Below, piece by piece: positions 60,901 through 64,000 of a stretch of 64,000 nucleotides of DNA; the first letter of the stretch is position 1; the number at the start of each line of letters is the position of its first letter. This DNA is from Octopus bimaculoides (lineage: Eukaryota). The notes below the pieces were generated by a model, which saw nothing but the letters and a program-made list of their open reading frames with translations, made no database searches and was not told the origin of the DNA. The position numbers and the translations under genes are program-made. The stretch covers positions 21,556,457 to 21,620,456 of the forward strand of contig NC_068986.1 of the NCBI RefSeq assembly GCF_001194135.2, written 5' to 3'.

Positions 60901-63777
60901 AGGGCTACATTATTGAATGCTACACTATTTAATAAGTCTCTTTTAAGACTCTAAGACAGTCATTCTCAAGTAGTACTTTATAAGAAATATCTAAAAGGCA
61001 GACTGTATGACGCATGTGTACGAACAGCCATGCTACATGGCAGTGAAACATGGGCTGTAACTGCTGAGGACATACGTAAGCTCGCAAAGAATGAAGCCAG
61101 TATGCTCCGTTGGATGTGTAATGTCAATGTGAATACCCGTCAGAGTGTAAGTATCTTGAGAGAAAAGCTGAACATTAGAAGCATCAGTTGTGGTGTGCAA
61201 GAGAGACGATTGCGCTGGTATGGACATGTGGTGAGAATGGATGAGGATAGCTGCATGAAAAAGTGCCACACCCTAACAGTTGAGGGAACCCGTGGANNNN
61301 NNNNNNNNNNNNNNNNNNNNNNNNNNNNNNNNNNNNNNNNNNNNNNNNNNNNNNNNNNNNNNNNNNNNNNNNNNNNNNNNNNNNNNNNNNNNNNNNNNNN
61401 NNNNNNNNNNNNNNNNNNNNNNNNNNNNNNNNNNNNNNNNNNNNNNNNNNNNNNNNNNNNNNNNNNNNNNNNNNNNNNNNNNNNNNNNNNNNNNNNNNNN
61501 NNNNNNNNNNNNNNNNNNNNNNNNNNNNNNNNNNNNNNNNNNNNNNNNNNNNNNNNNNNNNNNNNNNNNNNNNNNNNNNNNNNNNNNNNNNNNNNNNNNN
61601 NNNNNNNNNNNNNNNNNNNNNNNNNNNNNNNNNNNNNNNNNNNNNNNNNNNNNNNNNNNNNNNNNNNNNNNNNNNNNNNNNNNNNNNNNNNNNNNNNNNN
61701 NNNNNNNNNNNNNNNNNNNNNNNNNNNNNNNNNNNNNNNNNNNNNNNNNNNNNNNNNNNNNNNNNNNNNNNNNNNNNNNNNNNNNNNNNNNNNNNNNNNN
61801 NNNNNNNNNNNNNNNNNNNNNNNNNNNNNNNNNNNNNNGTACCGCCTGATTGGCCTCCGTAGGATTTTCGAGTGAGATCGTTGCCAGTGCCCCTGGACTG
61901 GCTTGTGCGGGTGGCACATAAAAGACACCATTTCGAGCGTGGCCGTTGCCAGTATCGCCTGACTGGCCTTCGTGCAGGTGACACGTAAAAGCACCTACTA
62001 CACTCTCTGAGTGGTTGGCGTTAGGAAGGGCATCCAGCTGTAGAAACTCTGCCAAATTTAGATTGGAGCCTGGTGTTGCCATCCGGTTTCACCAGTCCTC
62101 AGTCAAGTCGTCCAACCCATGCTAGCATGGAAAGCGGACGTTAAACGATGATGATGATGATGATCTAGGTGCACCTTAGATTTTTAAAAATTATCTTATG
62201 AGTGAATTTGATTGGGGGAAACTGTACAAAGCCTGTCACATGTGTGTGTGTGTGTGCATTCATCTATGCAAATGTTTACTTCCTGCGTGCTTTGCATGAG
62301 AAAACACCGAACTACAAGTGGTGACACTCTTATTTCCCTGTCAACAAATCATCTGGTTGTGCACCTTTTAAGATGTTTGGAATTGGAGCTTGATTACTTG
62401 AAAAACAGGTACGGGTAAGTGATAGGGAGGGCATCCAGCTGTAATATAATGCTTTGATATTATATATTTATCTAACCCATATTAGCATAGAAAACAGATG
62501 CAAAAATGGATGAGCAAGCAAATTTAAGGCTTTAGAAAATCTTTACACTGCTTGAAGTTTAAAAAAATTCTCACCTATAATTTTGTTATATATGTGTACA
62601 ATTAAAAATACAAAGACATAGTTTTCTTTGTTATCAAATTTTTAATTTTAAAACAGTCCTTTTTCTAATTTTCCATGCAATGTGTGCCATAATAATTTTT
62701 TTGTTTGATCTTGAGTGTACTACCACAAAATTAAAAAGACTAATAACCATAACCACTCCTCTAGAGTATAATTTGAGGAGATTTGGTTGCTATTTCTAGT
62801 AGATTAAGTGACTACATATCAGTTAGCTTAAGCAGAATATTATGTTTTAATAACCAGTGGCACGTAAAAAGCACCATTCGAGCATGGTTGATGCCAATAC
62901 CACCTGACTGGCCCTCATGCCAGCAGCATGTAAAAAGCACCCACTACACTCTCGGAGTGGTTGGCATTAGGAAGGGCATCCAGCTGTAGAAACCTCGCCA
63001 GATCAGATTGGAGCCTGGTGCAGCCTCCTGGTTTGCCAGTCCTCAGTCAAGCCGTCCAACCCATGCCAGCATGGAAAGTGGACGTTAAATGACGATGATG
63101 ATGATGATCACTAACTTAATGATTCAAAAATTCCAGGTTCAAGTTTTCTGTATGTCTTATTTTTCAGATTATACAGTCTAGATGACATATGGTGTCTCCT
63201 TCTTTATTGTTATTCATTGGCTGGGAAAGATCGTTATTTATGGACAAAAGAAGAACAAGGCTTGCAGGTAATTTTTAATAATTATTTACATTTCTTTGTT
63301 TTGCTATCAAAAATATCCTAAGTAAATATAGTAATATTTACTCATATGTAAGTCATACCCCTAATTTAGTGTTAAATCTGGGTACAAAATCTTTTCCTTT
63401 CATAGTTTATGTTCCTAACACTAGCTTAATGATAACTAAGTTAATTTTACTAAATTCTTTGTTACATTTAAAGTAATTGAAAGAAACACAGAGCATCTCA
63501 AAATAAATCCAGTAACGAAAGGGTTAAATGTAGCATCAAATGTTTAGCATTGATAAGAATTACTTTCCATATTCTAATAAAGATTTATTGAAGCTGACAA
63601 TCTCCATAAGAAATAAAATCATTTATTTCTCTTTCTTTTTACATAGAAAAATAAAATGTGAAACCAATTGAACCATTTAATTCAAAAATATTTTTTTCTT
63701 CTATTTATTTCAGGCAGGCATTGTGAAAGAAATCCTGATAGAGTTGAAGAATTTACCTCCGATAACAAAAGCACTTG
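48743..63777 (+). CDS. SCFD2: Sec1 family domain-containing protein 2, coding exons 1-11, 3' end beyond the window; span includes introns
   Basis: Spliced peptides match SCFD2 as I recall it: VVFIDNVSSEILHW, IQDIIQSSQFQYVIIITTVS, FEDNVLEWLGNLNYTVEI, NYGPAKSRRK, ASVIFVDRSLDIVGAVGH, LPSLPGH, IAPGCL; GT-AG introns with consistent phases. Confidence 0.92.
49924..50172 (+). CDS. SCFD2: SCFD2 coding exon 2 (RALPSQKKGVFIVSSLL..EWLGNL)
   Basis: tgtag/ and /gtaagt. Confidence 0.92.
51056..51199 (+). CDS. SCFD2: SCFD2 coding exon 3 (NYTVEITHVPL..RAAR)
   Basis: ttcag/ and /gtaagt. Confidence 0.92.
51319..52316 (-). mobile_element. Young RTE LINE 3' portion spanning N gap 51617-51779
   Basis: GFSLRVKGRLYDACVRTAMLHGSETW ORF and (GAT)n tail. 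Confidence 0.92.
52822..52896 (+). CDS. SCFD2: SCFD2 coding exon 4 (PEKTTSCLPDLEISQLPRNLQTLYK)
   Basis: long poly-Y ttag/ and /gtatgt; phase 0-0. Confidence 0.82.
53919..54050 (+). CDS. SCFD2: SCFD2 coding exon 5 (MFVSSFNDIL..NYGPAKSRRK)
   Basis: tttcag/ and /gtaaga. Confidence 0.93.
54860..55032 (+). CDS. SCFD2: SCFD2 coding exon 6 (NCASKASVIFVDRSLD..RPDS)
   Basis: aatag/ and /gtaagt; Sec1-family DR motif. Confidence 0.94.
56475..56710. mobile_element. piggyBac-type MITE, third family
   Basis: TTAA TSD; TIR cccttttattgt/acaattaaaggg. Confidence 0.72.
56965..57082 (+). CDS. SCFD2: SCFD2 coding exon 7 (VSEKP..IAPGCL..NNQK)
   Basis: aatag/ and /gtattt. Confidence 0.88.
58081..58202 (+). CDS. 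SCFD2: SCFD2 coding exon 8 (EAMSEIN..EEKLPVK..LNLF)
   Basis: ccacag/ and /gtatgt. Confidence 0.9.
59320..59740 (-). mobile_element. Two tandem SINE family B copies
   Basis: Reverse complement of the 25472 element. Confidence 0.75.
60486..60707 (+). CDS. SCFD2: SCFD2 coding exon 9 (GRYDVIQKHLAAIQV..HEG)
   Basis: ttccag/ and /gtaatt. Confidence 0.88.
60993..62164 (+). mobile_element. Young RTE LINE 3' portion spanning N gap 61297-61838
   Basis: MLHGSETWAVTAEDIRKL..RRLRWYGHVVRM ORF and (GAT)n tail. Confidence 0.92.
62866..63108 (+). mobile_element. RTE LINE 3' end
   Basis: 66-bp repeat unit, terminus and (GAT)n tail, about 60 nt upstream of SCFD2 exon 10. Confidence 0.85.
63168..63267 (+). 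CDS. SCFD2: SCFD2 coding exon 10 (LYSLDDIWCLLLYCYSLAG..GLQ)
   Basis: tttcag/ and /gtaatt; resembles YSPEELLILLIYIYS. Confidence 0.88.
63403..63523. mobile_element. Partial piggyBac-type MITE (11348 family, reverse orientation)
   Basis: Ends gtaacgaaaggg-TTAA with matching internal sequence. Confidence 0.75.
63714..63777 (+). CDS. SCFD2: SCFD2 coding exon 11 (AGIVKEILIELKNLPPITKAL)
   Basis: tttcag/ and /gtaaga; phase 0 entry. Confidence 0.78.
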
Positions 63778-64000
63778 GTAAGATATATTCCTTCTTCAAC
63801 CTTGGGTATATCAAGCAAATGACACTGGACAAGCATAAAAATGTCTGTCTGTGTTCATATCATATTTGTACTATATATACCAGTGGTGGCCAAGCTACAG
63901 CCTTGAAAGCTACTGTGTATATGGCTCATGAGAAAATATTTCGTTTCAGTGCTATTTTTTGTAAAACAGCTTTAATATCCTATTGACCAGGTTTTAAAGT

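Overview
AT-rich eukaryotic genomic DNA with nine N-gaps. The (GAT)n-tailed RTE LINE 3' ends and tRNA-derived SINEs look like an Octopus/coleoid cephalopod genome; that is an inference from the repeat families, not a database result. Two spliced housekeeping genes lie in tandem on the + strand. (1) Symplekin: 32 coding exons at 612-41854, all GT-AG with consistent phases; exon 11 is split by an assembly gap; a canonical poly(A) signal follows at 41954. (2) SCFD2 (Sec1 family domain-containing 2): 11 coding exons at 48743-63777, continuing past the window end. Introns and the ~4.5 kb intergenic spacer carry RTE LINE fragments (several near-identical), at least two SINE families, piggyBac-type TTAA MITEs, an R4/Dong fragment, a long foldback element and microsatellites. 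The most unusual zone is 45450-46470. It holds a complete set of hammerhead-ribozyme core motifs in a non-canonical strand order on the minus strand, a 79-bp inverted repeat (75/79 identical) and a telomere-type (TAACCC)n array just upstream of the probable SCFD2 promoter. The hammerhead reading is a hypothesis that needs covariation and cleavage tests. There is no evidence of CRISPR, rRNA or true tRNA genes.
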